The notes beneath the pieces are model-generated. The model had not been told where the DNA came from, searched no databases, and saw only the letters and a list, made by a program, of their open reading frames with translations. Both the position numbers and the translations under genes were made by a program. Below are positions 18,134 through 27,046 of a stretch of DNA of 64,000 bases, piece after piece (the stretch's first letter is position 1; every line of letters begins with the position of its first letter). The stretch comes from an uncultured Anaerolineales bacterium. Its GTDB lineage: Bacteria; Chloroflexota; Anaerolineae; Anaerolineales; UBA6663. The stretch covers positions 13,959 through 77,958 of the forward strand of contig CAZSNP010000010.1 in NCBI GenBank assembly GCA_964608265.1. The letters are read 5' to 3'.

Positions 18134-18721
18134 ATGGCAATCGAGATTGCTGATACGCCGCTGCCAGGCTTGAAATTGATACAGCCACAAGTGTTTCGCG
18201 ACGAGCGCGGTTTTTTTTTGGAAAGCTATCACCACCGCGTTTGGACAGAAGCCGGGCTAACTGGCGCATTCGTTCAGGACAACCACTCTCGCTCGGCCCG
18301 AGGTGTGCTGCGCGGCCTTCACTTTCAGGATATGACGGCGCCGATGGCGAAGCTTGTTCGATGCACCCGGGGCGTAATCTTTGATGTAGCGGTAGATTTG
18401 CGCGTGGGCTCACCCACCTTCGGTCGCTGGTTTGGCGTCGAACTGACTGAGGACAACCAAACCCAGATGTACATCCCGGTGGGATTCGCGCACGGATTTG
18501 TGGTGCTCTCCGATTTCGCCGATCTGCAATACAAATGCACCAACTACTACACCCCGCAGGCCGAAGGCGCCATCCGCTGGGACGACGGGGACATCGGCAT
18601 CGACTGGCCAGTGAGAGAGCCGGTCCTCTCGCGGCGTGATCAGACGGCGATGTCCCTTCAACAGTATCGCCGGGCACCCGCCTTCACGATGACGTCCTCG
18701 GCCTCGTTACACGACTCATGA
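18134..18721 (+). CDS. rmlC: dTDP-4-dehydrorhamnose 3,5-epimerase
   Basis: MAIEIADTPLPGLKLIQPQVFRDERGFFLESY...NHSRSARGVLRGLHFQ...KLVRCTRGVIFDVAVDLR...GFAHGF..LQYKCT.YY is the classic RmlC cupin signature. GAGG RBS precedes the ATG at 18134. Confidence 0.9.
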   Translation: MAIEIADTPLPGLKLIQPQVFRDERGFFLESYHHRVWTEAGLTGAFVQDNHSRSARGVLRGLHFQDMTAPMAKLVRCTRGVIFDVAVDLRVGSPTFGRWFGVELTEDNQTQMYIPVGFAHGFVVLSDFADLQYKCTNYYTPQAEGAIRWDDGDIGIDWPVREPVLSRRDQTAMSLQQYRRAPAFTMTSSASLHDS

Positions 18722-19698
18722 AGTTGATTGTGCAGATCCCGTGTTACAACGAAGCGGTCACATTGCCCGCTGTGCTGGCCGACATCCCGCGCAACATTCC
18801 CGGGGTGGACGTGACTGAAGTCCTCGTTGTCGATGACGGTAGCACTGACGACACTGTGGCAGTCGCTCAAACATGCGGTGCTCATCACGTTGTGTCACAT
18901 CCATTCCGGCGGGGTCTGGCGGCTGCCTTTCAGACCGGCCTTGACGCGGCTCTCGGCCTCGGCGCCGATATCATCGTCAATACCGATGGCGACAACCAAT
19001 ACCCTCAGACCGATATTCCGCGCCTCATCGAACCAATCATGCGACATCAAGCCGACATCGTCATCGGTGACAGGCAGACCGCGACAGTGGCCGAATTTTC
19101 CACCCTAAAGCGATTGCTACAGAATTGGGGGAGTTGGGCGGTGCGGGTTGCCTCGGGCACGACTGTGCCCGATGCAACCAGTGGCTTCCGCGCCTACTCG
19201 CGTGAGGCAGCGCTTCGGCTCAACATCTTCACTCGCTACACCTACACGCTCGAGACTATCATACAGGCCGGAAAGAAAGGTCTGCGTGTAGGTTACGTCA
19301 CAATCCACACGAATCCCACGCAGCGCCCCTCGCGCCTTATGCGCAATGAGTGGGAATACATCAAGCGTTCGTCCGCAACAATTGTACGCATCTATGCTCT
19401 GTATGAACCGCTGCGCACCTTCGGCCTCTTGAGCCTGCCGTTCTTCATCGTGGGCATGGGGCTGATCGGGCGCTTCCTTTTTTTCTACCTGACCGGCTCG
19501 TTGGAAGGGGTAGCTCGATACCTGCAATCAGTCGTCATCGGCGGAGTGTCGCTCGTTATCGCGTTTCTGATATTTCTCTTCGGCATCCTGGCTGATATCA
19601 GCGCCGCCAACCGGCTTCTGCTCGAAGAAACGCTCTATCGGATTAAACGGCTGGAGCTGGCCCAGGACCTCGAAGTGGGAGCGCTGGAACGCCAATGA
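18718..19698 (+). CDS. Polyprenyl-phosphate glycosyltransferase (GT2; DPM1/GtrB/ArnC-like) with C-terminal TM helices
   Basis: KLIVQIPCYNEAVTLPAVL...VLVVDDGSTDDT...NTDGDNQYP...DATSGFRAYSREA, then two hydrophobic helices. ATGA overlaps with both neighbours. Confidence 0.8.
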   Translation: MKLIVQIPCYNEAVTLPAVLADIPRNIPGVDVTEVLVVDDGSTDDTVAVAQTCGAHHVVSHPFRRGLAAAFQTGLDAALGLGADIIVNTDGDNQYPQTDIPRLIEPIMRHQADIVIGDRQTATVAEFSTLKRLLQNWGSWAVRVASGTTVPDATSGFRAYSREAALRLNIFTRYTYTLETIIQAGKKGLRVGYVTIHTNPTQRPSRLMRNEWEYIKRSSATIVRIYALYEPLRTFGLLSLPFFIVGMGLIGRFLFFYLTGSLEGVARYLQSVVIGGVSLVIAFLIFLFGILADISAANRLLLEETLYRIKRLELAQDLEVGALERQ

Positions 19699-22136
19699 CT
19701 CTGCGGTATTGGCGGACCATGGGGTGGCTGCCGCTCATCCTCTGCCTCACGGCCTGTTCGGGCATCGTCGCGCCCGATCAAACGACGAATGGCTTGCCGC
19801 CCGCCACGCTGAGAGTCGGTGAGACGGTTGGTCAGACCTTTGTCGCGCGGCAGATGGGGCTGGCAGGTGTGGAGGTTTACCTTGACCCGAACTTAGGGAC
19901 AGCGGCGGGTGACGTGCGCTTGAGCCTGCGCCCCGAATACAACTCGCCCGTGGAGTTGGCCTCGGCGACCCTTCCGGCGGCAGCCATCCAAGCGCCGAGC
20001 TACTATCGTTTCAACCTTCCACCGCAGTGGGAGTCGCGCCAAGTTTATTACGCCATCGAACTTGAGTTGCAGGGCGGCGGCGAATTGAGAGTCGGGCAAG
20101 GCTCGGCCGATAGCTACCTTGACGGCGCGATGTATCATAATGACGAGCCATCCGAAGCGCAGATGATGTTCCGGCTGGTCTATGACACACCGCTTGGGCT
20201 GCTGGGCCTGGCTCTAATGGTGGGCGAATGGGTAGTGTGGTCAGTGGCCGGGTTGGCATTGTTTGTGTTGCCCGGCTGGGCGACACTCAGCTGCTTCTGG
20301 CCCTCGGATGCCCCGCTCGATGGGATGGCAAAGTTTGGAATCGCAGTCAGCCTCAGTGTGGCAACCTACCCTGTGCTCATGCTGTGGACTCATCTCATTG
20401 GTCTGCAGTTGGGATGGGCTTATGCGTGGCTTCCGGTATTGATGGCCGCCGGTGCGATTGTTTGGCGGCGCCGCTCGTTACGCCCTGATGCGCTTGGGAT
20501 GACGCTCTTGCATTGGCGGCAATCAGAAACGTTCTGGGCGGACCTGACAATGATTGTTGTCGTTGCGCTGACGTTCGGCCTGCGCTACTGGCTGATCCGT
20601 TCCCAGGAAGCGCCGATGTGGGGTGACTCGGTGCATCACACGATGATTGCCCAACTCATGCTGGACAACGGCGGGCTGTTCGAGTCGTGGTTGCCGTATG
20701 CTGAGTTGAGCACCTTTACCTATCACTTTGGATTTCACACGGCGGTTGCGGTGTTTGCTTGGTTGACGGGCCTCGACTCGGTGCGAGCCGTGATGTGGGC
20801 GGGACAGATTTTGAATGGGCTGGCGGTTCTGGCTTTGTGGCCGCTGGTACTTCGGCTGAGCGGCAACCGTTGGGCAGCGGTCGCGGCGGTGATTGTGGCG
20901 GGCCTGCTTTCGCCAATGCCTAATTACTATGTGAACTGGGGCCGCTACACCCAGTTGGCAGGGCAGGTTATCCTGCCGGGTGCGATGGCGCTGGCGTGGT
21001 GGGTCATCGACCGGCGCAGTACAGTGCCCCGCGCGGTGTGGGTGCTCGGCGCGCTGATGTGGAGTGGGTTGGCGCTCACACATTATCGTGTGCTGATTTT
21101 TGGCATTCTTTTTATGATCGTGCTTATCCCGGCTGAAACACTGTCTCAACGTTGGCGCATGGCGCTAATACGTCCGGCTTTATTGGGCCTGAGTGCATTC
21201 GCGCTGTTTCTGCCGTGGTTCGTGCGCGTGTTTGGTGGGCGTCTAGTCGGTTATTTCGCCATCCGTATCACGACGCCGCCCACGGCGCTCAGTGACTTCG
21301 ACCGACAATACAATTCACTCGGTGATGTGACATTCTATCTGCCGGTATACTTGTGGGGCGTGTTGCTGGTGGTGTTGCTGGTCACGTTGGTACGCCGCCA
21401 TCGCGCCGGCAGCGTGATGGTTGGGTGGGGAGGGCTGGTCTTGTTGGCGGCCAACCCCCAGTGGGTCGGCTTGCCCGGCTCCGGCTTGATCAGCAGTCCA
21501 GCGGTAATGATGGGCGCTTACATGCTGGTAGCGGTGCTTATCGGAGCAGCGTGTGGGTGGCTGGTAGTTGGATTGGATGCTCGCGTACAACAAGTCGGCG
21601 TGCAGATGGCCCTGGCCAGCGCGGTCAGCTTGGCGGCGTTAGCGGGTTTGCGGCAACGGTTCGCAGACTATCGGCCCGACTTGCATGCGATGGTAACGCG
21701 CCCCGATACACGGGCGATGGAATGGATTCAAACGGATACTCCGGGTGAGGCGCGCTTCCTCGTGAATAGTTTCTTTGCCTATGGTGGCGGGCTGATCGTC
21801 GGGTCGGATGCAGGCTGGTGGCTGCCGCAGCTGGCTGGTCGTCTGACGACTCTGCCGCCGATGCTTTATGGATCCGAACAAGAACTTGATAATGGCAACG
21901 ATCTTCAGCACATCAACACGCGGGCGGCCAAGATCGAGCAGCTAGGCCCAGCAGCACCAGAGACTGGCGAACTACTGCGTACGACCGGCATTGCATTTGT
22001 GTTTGTGGCTCAACGTGGCGGCATGGTCGGCAACCCTCAACTACCCTGGCTCGATGTTGCAACGCTACGCACAAGCGACTTGTATCGCCAGGTGTATCAT
22101 GAAGATCACGTCTGGGTCTTCGCTCTCAATCCTTAA
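19695..22136 (+). CDS. Large polytopic membrane protein, GT-C-like glycosyltransferase candidate (paralog of 32984-35386)
   Basis: Lipoprotein-like N-terminus (LILCLTAC) and more than 10 hydrophobic segments. Blocks shared with the paralog: TVGQTFVARQMGLAGVEVYL / TVAQTFIARHNGLSAIELL; PMWGDSVHHTMIAQLM..FTYHFGFH / PMWVDSPHHALIARVL..FTYHFGFH; NWGRYTQLAGQ / AWGRYTQLLGL. Translationally coupled to the upstream polyprenyl-phosphate GT2. Confidence 0.6.
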   Translation: MTLRYWRTMGWLPLILCLTACSGIVAPDQTTNGLPPATLRVGETVGQTFVARQMGLAGVEVYLDPNLGTAAGDVRLSLRPEYNSPVELASATLPAAAIQAPSYYRFNLPPQWESRQVYYAIELELQGGGELRVGQGSADSYLDGAMYHNDEPSEAQMMFRLVYDTPLGLLGLALMVGEWVVWSVAGLALFVLPGWATLSCFWPSDAPLDGMAKFGIAVSLSVATYPVLMLWTHLIGLQLGWAYAWLPVLMAAGAIVWRRRSLRPDALGMTLLHWRQSETFWADLTMIVVVALTFGLRYWLIRSQEAPMWGDSVHHTMIAQLMLDNGGLFESWLPYAELSTFTYHFGFHTAVAVFAWLTGLDSVRAVMWAGQILNGLAVLALWPLVLRLSGNRWAAVAAVIVAGLLSPMPNYYVNWGRYTQLAGQVILPGAMALAWWVIDRRSTVPRAVWVLGALMWSGLALTHYRVLIFGILFMIVLIPAETLSQRWRMALIRPALLGLSAFALFLPWFVRVFGGRLVGYFAIRITTPPTALSDFDRQYNSLGDVTFYLPVYLWGVLLVVLLVTLVRRHRAGSVMVGWGGLVLLAANPQWVGLPGSGLISSPAVMMGAYMLVAVLIGAACGWLVVGLDARVQQVGVQMALASAVSLAALAGLRQRFADYRPDLHAMVTRPDTRAMEWIQTDTPGEARFLVNSFFAYGGGLIVGSDAGWWLPQLAGRLTTLPPMLYGSEQELDNGNDLQHINTRAAKIEQLGPAAPETGELLRTTGIAFVFVAQRGGMVGNPQLPWLDVATLRTSDLYRQVYHEDHVWVFALNP

Positions 22137-22141
22137 TCCAA

Positions 22142-23272
22142 ATGCGCATTGTATTGGTCGGACCTGTCTATCCTTATCGAGGTGGCATTGCTCAATATAC
22201 GGCGCGTCTGGCCCAGGCGTTGGGGCAGCGGCACTCGGTGGAAGTGGTCTCATTCTGCGAGCAATATCCAGCCTGGCTGTATCCGGGAACAAACGATCGT
22301 GATCCCAGCATGGCGCCTCTGCAAGTTGCGGCCCACTTCTGGCTGCATCCCTTCTATCCCTGGAATTGGGTTCGAAACGCGCGCTCAATCCACGCTCTAC
22401 GACCACAAGTAATCCTCATGCAGTGGTGGACGACGTTCTGGGGGCCGGCATTTGGGGTCACAGCTCGCCTGTTGCGTCAGGCTGGTTCTCCACTAATCTT
22501 CCTTGTTCATAATGCCTTACCTCATGAGCCGCGGTGGGGTGATCGGGCTATGACTCGTTGGGTGCTTGACGCGGCCACTGGCCTGCTCGCGCACTCGGCG
22601 CGCGAAGTGCAGCGGTTGCCGAACTGGACATCGCGTGCTCCCGTGGCAATGTGTCCGCTACCAGCCTTTGATCATTTCGTGGACTCCCCCCTCGACCGAG
22701 CTGACGCTCGCCGACGCCTAGGCCTGGAATTGGACACACCTTTGATTCTGTTCTTTGGTTTCGTGCGACCTTACAAAGGTCTGGAATTCTTAATTGAGTC
22801 TCTAGCCCGGGTCAACTATGCCGATCGGCGTGTGAACCTGGTCGTCGCGGGCGAGATTTGGGAGGACGAAGCGCGTTATCGAGCGCAGGTGACGAGACTG
22901 GGTTTGGAGCATGCGGTTCGATTTGACAACTGGTATATTGTCGATGAGGTCGTGCCTCTCTACTTCGCGGCCGCGGATGTTTTCGCCGCGCCGTACCTGA
23001 GCGGTTCTCAAAGTGCGGTGCTTACGACAGCGGCGTCCTTCGGCATGCCGCTAGTGGTGACCAATACGATGCCGCTCGAGTCACTTAACTTGCAGGCAAC
23101 GGTAGTATATACCTCGCCCTCCGCCGATGTGGAGGCTTTGGCGCAAGCGCTGCGTTTGGCACTTTCGCATCCCGGGTTGGCCCATCGTCGGAGCCGGCCG
23201 GAGGCTAATAATGAAAGTTGGTTGCGTGTCGTTGAGACCATTGAACGATTGGCCGGTGCTGTAAGCGTATGA
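22142..23272 (+). CDS. Glycosyltransferase family 4 (GT-B)
   Basis: MRIVLVGPVYPYRGGIAQYTARLAQAL at the N-terminus and C-terminal ...FAAPYLSGSQSAVLTTAASFGMPLVVT. Confidence 0.75.
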   Translation: MRIVLVGPVYPYRGGIAQYTARLAQALGQRHSVEVVSFCEQYPAWLYPGTNDRDPSMAPLQVAAHFWLHPFYPWNWVRNARSIHALRPQVILMQWWTTFWGPAFGVTARLLRQAGSPLIFLVHNALPHEPRWGDRAMTRWVLDAATGLLAHSAREVQRLPNWTSRAPVAMCPLPAFDHFVDSPLDRADARRRLGLELDTPLILFFGFVRPYKGLEFLIESLARVNYADRRVNLVVAGEIWEDEARYRAQVTRLGLEHAVRFDNWYIVDEVVPLYFAAADVFAAPYLSGSQSAVLTTAASFGMPLVVTNTMPLESLNLQATVVYTSPSADVEALAQALRLALSHPGLAHRRSRPEANNESWLRVVETIERLAGAVSV

Positions 23273-24456
23273 AAATCGCTTTCGTGATGGCGCAGAGTCT
23301 CGATAGCCCAAGCGGCCTAGGCCGCCACGGGCCGTTGGCGCGCGAACTGACGCGTCTCGGTCACACGGTGGAGGTCTACGCGCTGCATCCTGACTGGGGC
23401 AGCTTGACCCAGCACAGGTTTGACGAATCGGGCGTGCAGGTCCATTATCTCGCACAGATGCACGTGCGCAAGATCGATTCGCGCAAGTTCTACTTTGGCC
23501 CAGTACAGCTCATGTTGGTGGCGTTAAGAGCGGTTGTGCTGCTGGCTCGAGCGGTCGGGGCCTCTTCAGCAGATTGGCTGCAAGTGTGTAAGCCTTTACC
23601 GATCAACTTGCCGGCTGCCCTCCTCAGCCAACGGGGTAGGCGGCTGATCTGCGATTGTGATGACTATGAGGCAGCGACCAACCGCTTCGCCTTGCCAGGA
23701 CAACGCACAGTGGTCCGATATTTCGAAAATGGCGTGGCGCGTTGGGCGCGGGCACTGTCGGTGAACACCCAGTTTATGTACCGACATTACCAGCGTATGG
23801 GTTTTCCGGAATCGAGACTGATCTGGGTGCCCAATGGTGTCGAGCGTCATCGCTTCAGCCGACCCTTCGAGACCGCCAAACTTCGCCAACGACTGGGTTT
23901 GTCGGCGGATCAACCCGTTGTCATCTATGTGGGGACACTGAGCCGGCATAGCCACGCGATTGATTTGCTGTTGAGCGCCTTTCATCGGGTGGCGCGAGCC
24001 ATGCCGGATGTGCGCCTACTTCTGGTTGGGGGGGGTGAGGATTTCGACAACTTGCAGCACCAAGTGCACACCATTGGTCTGCAGGGCAGTGTCCGTTTTG
24101 TCGGGCGGGTGGCTCCGGACGAGGTCCCGGCGTATCTTGGGCTTGCGACCGTGTCCGTGGACCCAGTGCATGATGACCTAATCGCGCAAGCGCGATCGCC
24201 TCTCAAGATAGTCGAAAGTCTGGTTCTGGGGGTGCCCGTTATCACCGGCGACGTGGGCGATCGGCGGTGGATGTTGCACGAGGGAGCCAGCGGCGTATTG
24301 GTGGCACCCGGGGATGCGAACGCTCTGGCGGAGGGCTTATTGCTGCTGCTGGACAGCCCAGCGCGACGCGCCGAAATGGCGAGCTCGGCATTGGCGGGCC
24401 GCGATGCGTGGTTTTGGGATCGTTTGGTGGAGCACTACGTGGAGGCCTACCAGTGA
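23269..24456 (+). CDS. Glycosyltransferase family 4 (GT-B)
   Basis: MKIAFVMAQSLDSPSGLGRHGPLARELTRLGHTVEVY, LLLVGGGEDF, and SPLKIVESLVLGVPVITGDVGD...GVLVAPGDANALAEGL. ATGA overlap with the upstream gene. Confidence 0.8.
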   Translation: MKIAFVMAQSLDSPSGLGRHGPLARELTRLGHTVEVYALHPDWGSLTQHRFDESGVQVHYLAQMHVRKIDSRKFYFGPVQLMLVALRAVVLLARAVGASSADWLQVCKPLPINLPAALLSQRGRRLICDCDDYEAATNRFALPGQRTVVRYFENGVARWARALSVNTQFMYRHYQRMGFPESRLIWVPNGVERHRFSRPFETAKLRQRLGLSADQPVVIYVGTLSRHSHAIDLLLSAFHRVARAMPDVRLLLVGGGEDFDNLQHQVHTIGLQGSVRFVGRVAPDEVPAYLGLATVSVDPVHDDLIAQARSPLKIVESLVLGVPVITGDVGDRRWMLHEGASGVLVAPGDANALAEGLLLLLDSPARRAEMASSALAGRDAWFWDRLVEHYVEAYQ

Positions 24457-25754
24457 GGCCCAGTGAGTGGTTAGGGCAGTTGCGCAAGCGCCTGCGTGGG
24501 CGCATCATCCGCAATCTCTTCTATCTGCTCGGCGGCACGCTGGCAGCTCACATCGCCGTTACGATTAACTTCGCGATCCTGGCGCGCCAATTGGGCCTGG
24601 TCCAGTATGGACAATTTGCCGCCTCAGCGACGTTGTTGTCTGTACTTTCCATCGCCTTCAGTCTTGGCCTAGATACCTGGGTTTTGCGAGAAGGGGGGCG
24701 AAATCCTGCCGAGCTTCCGGCTCATCTCGGTAGCGTTGGCGCGCTCAAGGTTGCTCTGGGCGGTGTCTGGTTAGTGGCTTTACACGCATTGGTGCCGTGG
24801 TTGGATGCGAACACATTCCCGCCGCGCATTCTGAGCCTGATGGCCCTTGTGGTATGGATGGATAGCTTGCTGCTGACTGCCTTGAGCGGCTTCAAAGCGG
24901 CCTTACAGAACCAGACGACGGTCATGTTGGAGGCGGGTTCCGATTGGCTCACCCTGCTGGCCACCCTTGGACTGGCAGCGCTTGGGACAACTGATGCGAT
25001 TATGTATCTCGGGGCGCGCCTCATCGTCTTGGTAACCAGCCTGGCGGCGGCCGGTTGGTGTGTAGTGGTCGTACTGGGCGTGCCGCGACCCCAGCTACGT
25101 CGGGAGAGCGGGTTGCGGTGGCGGACGATCTTCAGTTTTTCGGTGTCCGACCTGCTGGCCTGGGCCACGATGCGGCTGGATGTATTGATCGTTGCTGTGA
25201 TCCTGGGCCCGACAGCCGTTGGGCTATATGCGCCGGCGGTTACGATCATCAACAGTTTCTTCATCTTTCCCAATGTGGGCTACACGGTAATGATCCCGGT
25301 CCTGAGTCGGCTATTTGCAGCCGATGCATCCCAAGCCTGGGCAATGTCCTGGCGGTCGGTTAGTGGCCAGGCCCTGACCGGATTGGTTTTGTCCGCGAGT
25401 CTGCTCGGCACGGCACCGATTGCCCATTGGGTGCTGGGCCTGGAATATGCGTCACTCGTGCTCTTATTGCAGTTGTTGAGCCCGCTGCTCTTTTTCAAGG
25501 CACTCAGTTTTGGCTGGGCTACCATACTCGTCGCGCTGGGCCGCCAGACCCGTCGGGCCATGGTGCAGTTTATCAACGTACTGTTGATTGTGGGATTGGA
25601 TCTGGCCGCGGCATACCTTTGGGGGATTGTGGGCGTCGCACTGGTATTTGTCATGATCGAAGTGTTTATCTGCGTCGGCTATGGCCTGGCAGTGTACTCA
25701 TCTAGTCGGCGATTTCTAGCTTTTCGGTCCGTGGAATCTGATGGCTTATGGTGA
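24453..25754 (+). CDS. Wzx-like polysaccharide flippase (MOP superfamily)
   Basis: About 12 hydrophobic segments. N-terminus IIRNLFYLLGGTLAAHIAVTINFAILARQLGLVQYGQFA is typical of polysaccharide biosynthesis (Wzx) proteins. I place the start at the GTG at 24453 (GTGA overlap with the upstream stop), not the track start at 24267, which overlaps the GT4 gene. Confidence 0.75.
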   Translation: MRPSEWLGQLRKRLRGRIIRNLFYLLGGTLAAHIAVTINFAILARQLGLVQYGQFAASATLLSVLSIAFSLGLDTWVLREGGRNPAELPAHLGSVGALKVALGGVWLVALHALVPWLDANTFPPRILSLMALVVWMDSLLLTALSGFKAALQNQTTVMLEAGSDWLTLLATLGLAALGTTDAIMYLGARLIVLVTSLAAAGWCVVVVLGVPRPQLRRESGLRWRTIFSFSVSDLLAWATMRLDVLIVAVILGPTAVGLYAPAVTIINSFFIFPNVGYTVMIPVLSRLFAADASQAWAMSWRSVSGQALTGLVLSASLLGTAPIAHWVLGLEYASLVLLLQLLSPLLFFKALSFGWATILVALGRQTRRAMVQFINVLLIVGLDLAAAYLWGIVGVALVFVMIEVFICVGYGLAVYSSSRRFLAFRSVESDGLW

Positions 25755-27040
25755 ATATTCTGCTGACCAATGTGCACTCGTTTCGCAACGCAGGCGATGC
25801 GGCCCTGACACAAGTGGCCGTGGAACTACTACGGAGGCAGTTCCCAGAGTGTCGTATCACCTTACTCGTCGACGACCCGGCGAGCTACGATGGTGGTGAT
25901 ACGGCCGTGCCGTCTTTCTATTATTTGTTCAAACGACCACAGAGTGATGGCACATACCGGTGGCGGGTCGGGCATCTGGCGTGGAGCCTAATATTGAGTT
26001 TGGGCCTGGCTCTGGGCTATCGGCTGACGGGTATGCGCCGATACTGGGCTGCGGATGATGAACTGGCACTGCTATTGCAGGCCTATTTTGATGCTGATCT
26101 CGTTGTGAGCACTGCCGGAGGGTTTCTCTACAGTTCCGGCGCTGTGGGCCTGGTGTATGGTGTCGCAGTTTTCACTATGCTGCTGGCCGGTGCCATGGGT
26201 AAGCCGCTGTATATGTTGCCGCAGTCGCTTGGACCATTCCATCGATCTTGGGAACGTTGGCTATTGCGCCGTTTGGCGGCCCGTATACGCCTGATGATGG
26301 TCAGAGAACAACATTCACTTGATCTGCTCGAGCGTATTGGTGTTCAACCGGCTCGCTGTCATTTGGTGCCCGATATGGCCTTTTGCCTAAATGTTGCGCC
26401 ACGCCCTCGGGCCACCGAGTGGTTGACAACGCTTGGCGTGCAGCTGGATCGTCGACAACCCAAGATCGGATTTACTGTTATCAACTGGGGAGCAGAAAAC
26501 CGGCGTTTTGCTGGTCAGGCGAATTATGAAGCGGCAGTGGCCGCGCTGGCCCGTCATTGTGTGCACCGCTATCAGACTCAAATCCTGTTGTTTGTCCAGG
26601 TGACCGGGCCCAGCCTAAGTCAGAACGACGCAATTGTTACATGCCGATTGGCCCACCAACTGAGTGATATCGCGGCCCACCTGGCCGTCGTTGCGCCAGT
26701 GCCCCAGCCAGAGCTTTTGGCGGCCAGCTACGGGTTGATGGACGTTTTTGTTGGGACACGGATGCACTCCAATATCTTTGCGATGGTCGCCGGCGTGCCC
26801 TTGCTCGCCATAGGGTATCAGCCTAAGACACAAGGGATCATGCAAATGGTAGGCTTGCATAAGTGGGTAGTGGGCATCGAACAAGTTAGGCCCGCGCAGC
26901 TCTGTGCCATGTTTGATCAGTTGTGGGCCGAACGTGTGGAAGTGCGTCAACAGTTGGCTCGGCGCCTGCCGGAATTGAGGGGCGAGGTCCACCGCGCTAT
27001 GCATCGTGTGGTGATGGATTTTAGGGCGTGTAGGCCCTAA
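25748..27040 (+). CDS. Polysaccharide pyruvyl transferase (CsaB/WcaK family)
   Basis: MVNILLTNVHSFRNAGDAALTQVAVELL N-terminal motif, later VGTRMHSNIFAMVAGVPLLAIGYQPK. The start overlaps the flippase stop by 7 nt. Confidence 0.75.
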   Translation: MVNILLTNVHSFRNAGDAALTQVAVELLRRQFPECRITLLVDDPASYDGGDTAVPSFYYLFKRPQSDGTYRWRVGHLAWSLILSLGLALGYRLTGMRRYWAADDELALLLQAYFDADLVVSTAGGFLYSSGAVGLVYGVAVFTMLLAGAMGKPLYMLPQSLGPFHRSWERWLLRRLAARIRLMMVREQHSLDLLERIGVQPARCHLVPDMAFCLNVAPRPRATEWLTTLGVQLDRRQPKIGFTVINWGAENRRFAGQANYEAAVAALARHCVHRYQTQILLFVQVTGPSLSQNDAIVTCRLAHQLSDIAAHLAVVAPVPQPELLAASYGLMDVFVGTRMHSNIFAMVAGVPLLAIGYQPKTQGIMQMVGLHKWVVGIEQVRPAQLCAMFDQLWAERVEVRQQLARRLPELRGEVHRAMHRVVMDFRACRP

Positions 27041-27046
27041 TCCGAA

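Noticed and set aside
19488-19494. T7 run in the polyprenyl-phosphate GT2 gene (RFLFFYL)
   Set aside because: It is shorter than the T9 tract in rmlC and probably just reflects Phe-rich TM coding. It does not merit a separate claim.
24267-24452. 62-aa N-terminal extension of the flippase track ORF
   Set aside because: It overlaps the 3' end of the GT4 gene in another frame. The GTG at 24453 gives a GTGA stop/start overlap and a typical Wzx N-terminus.
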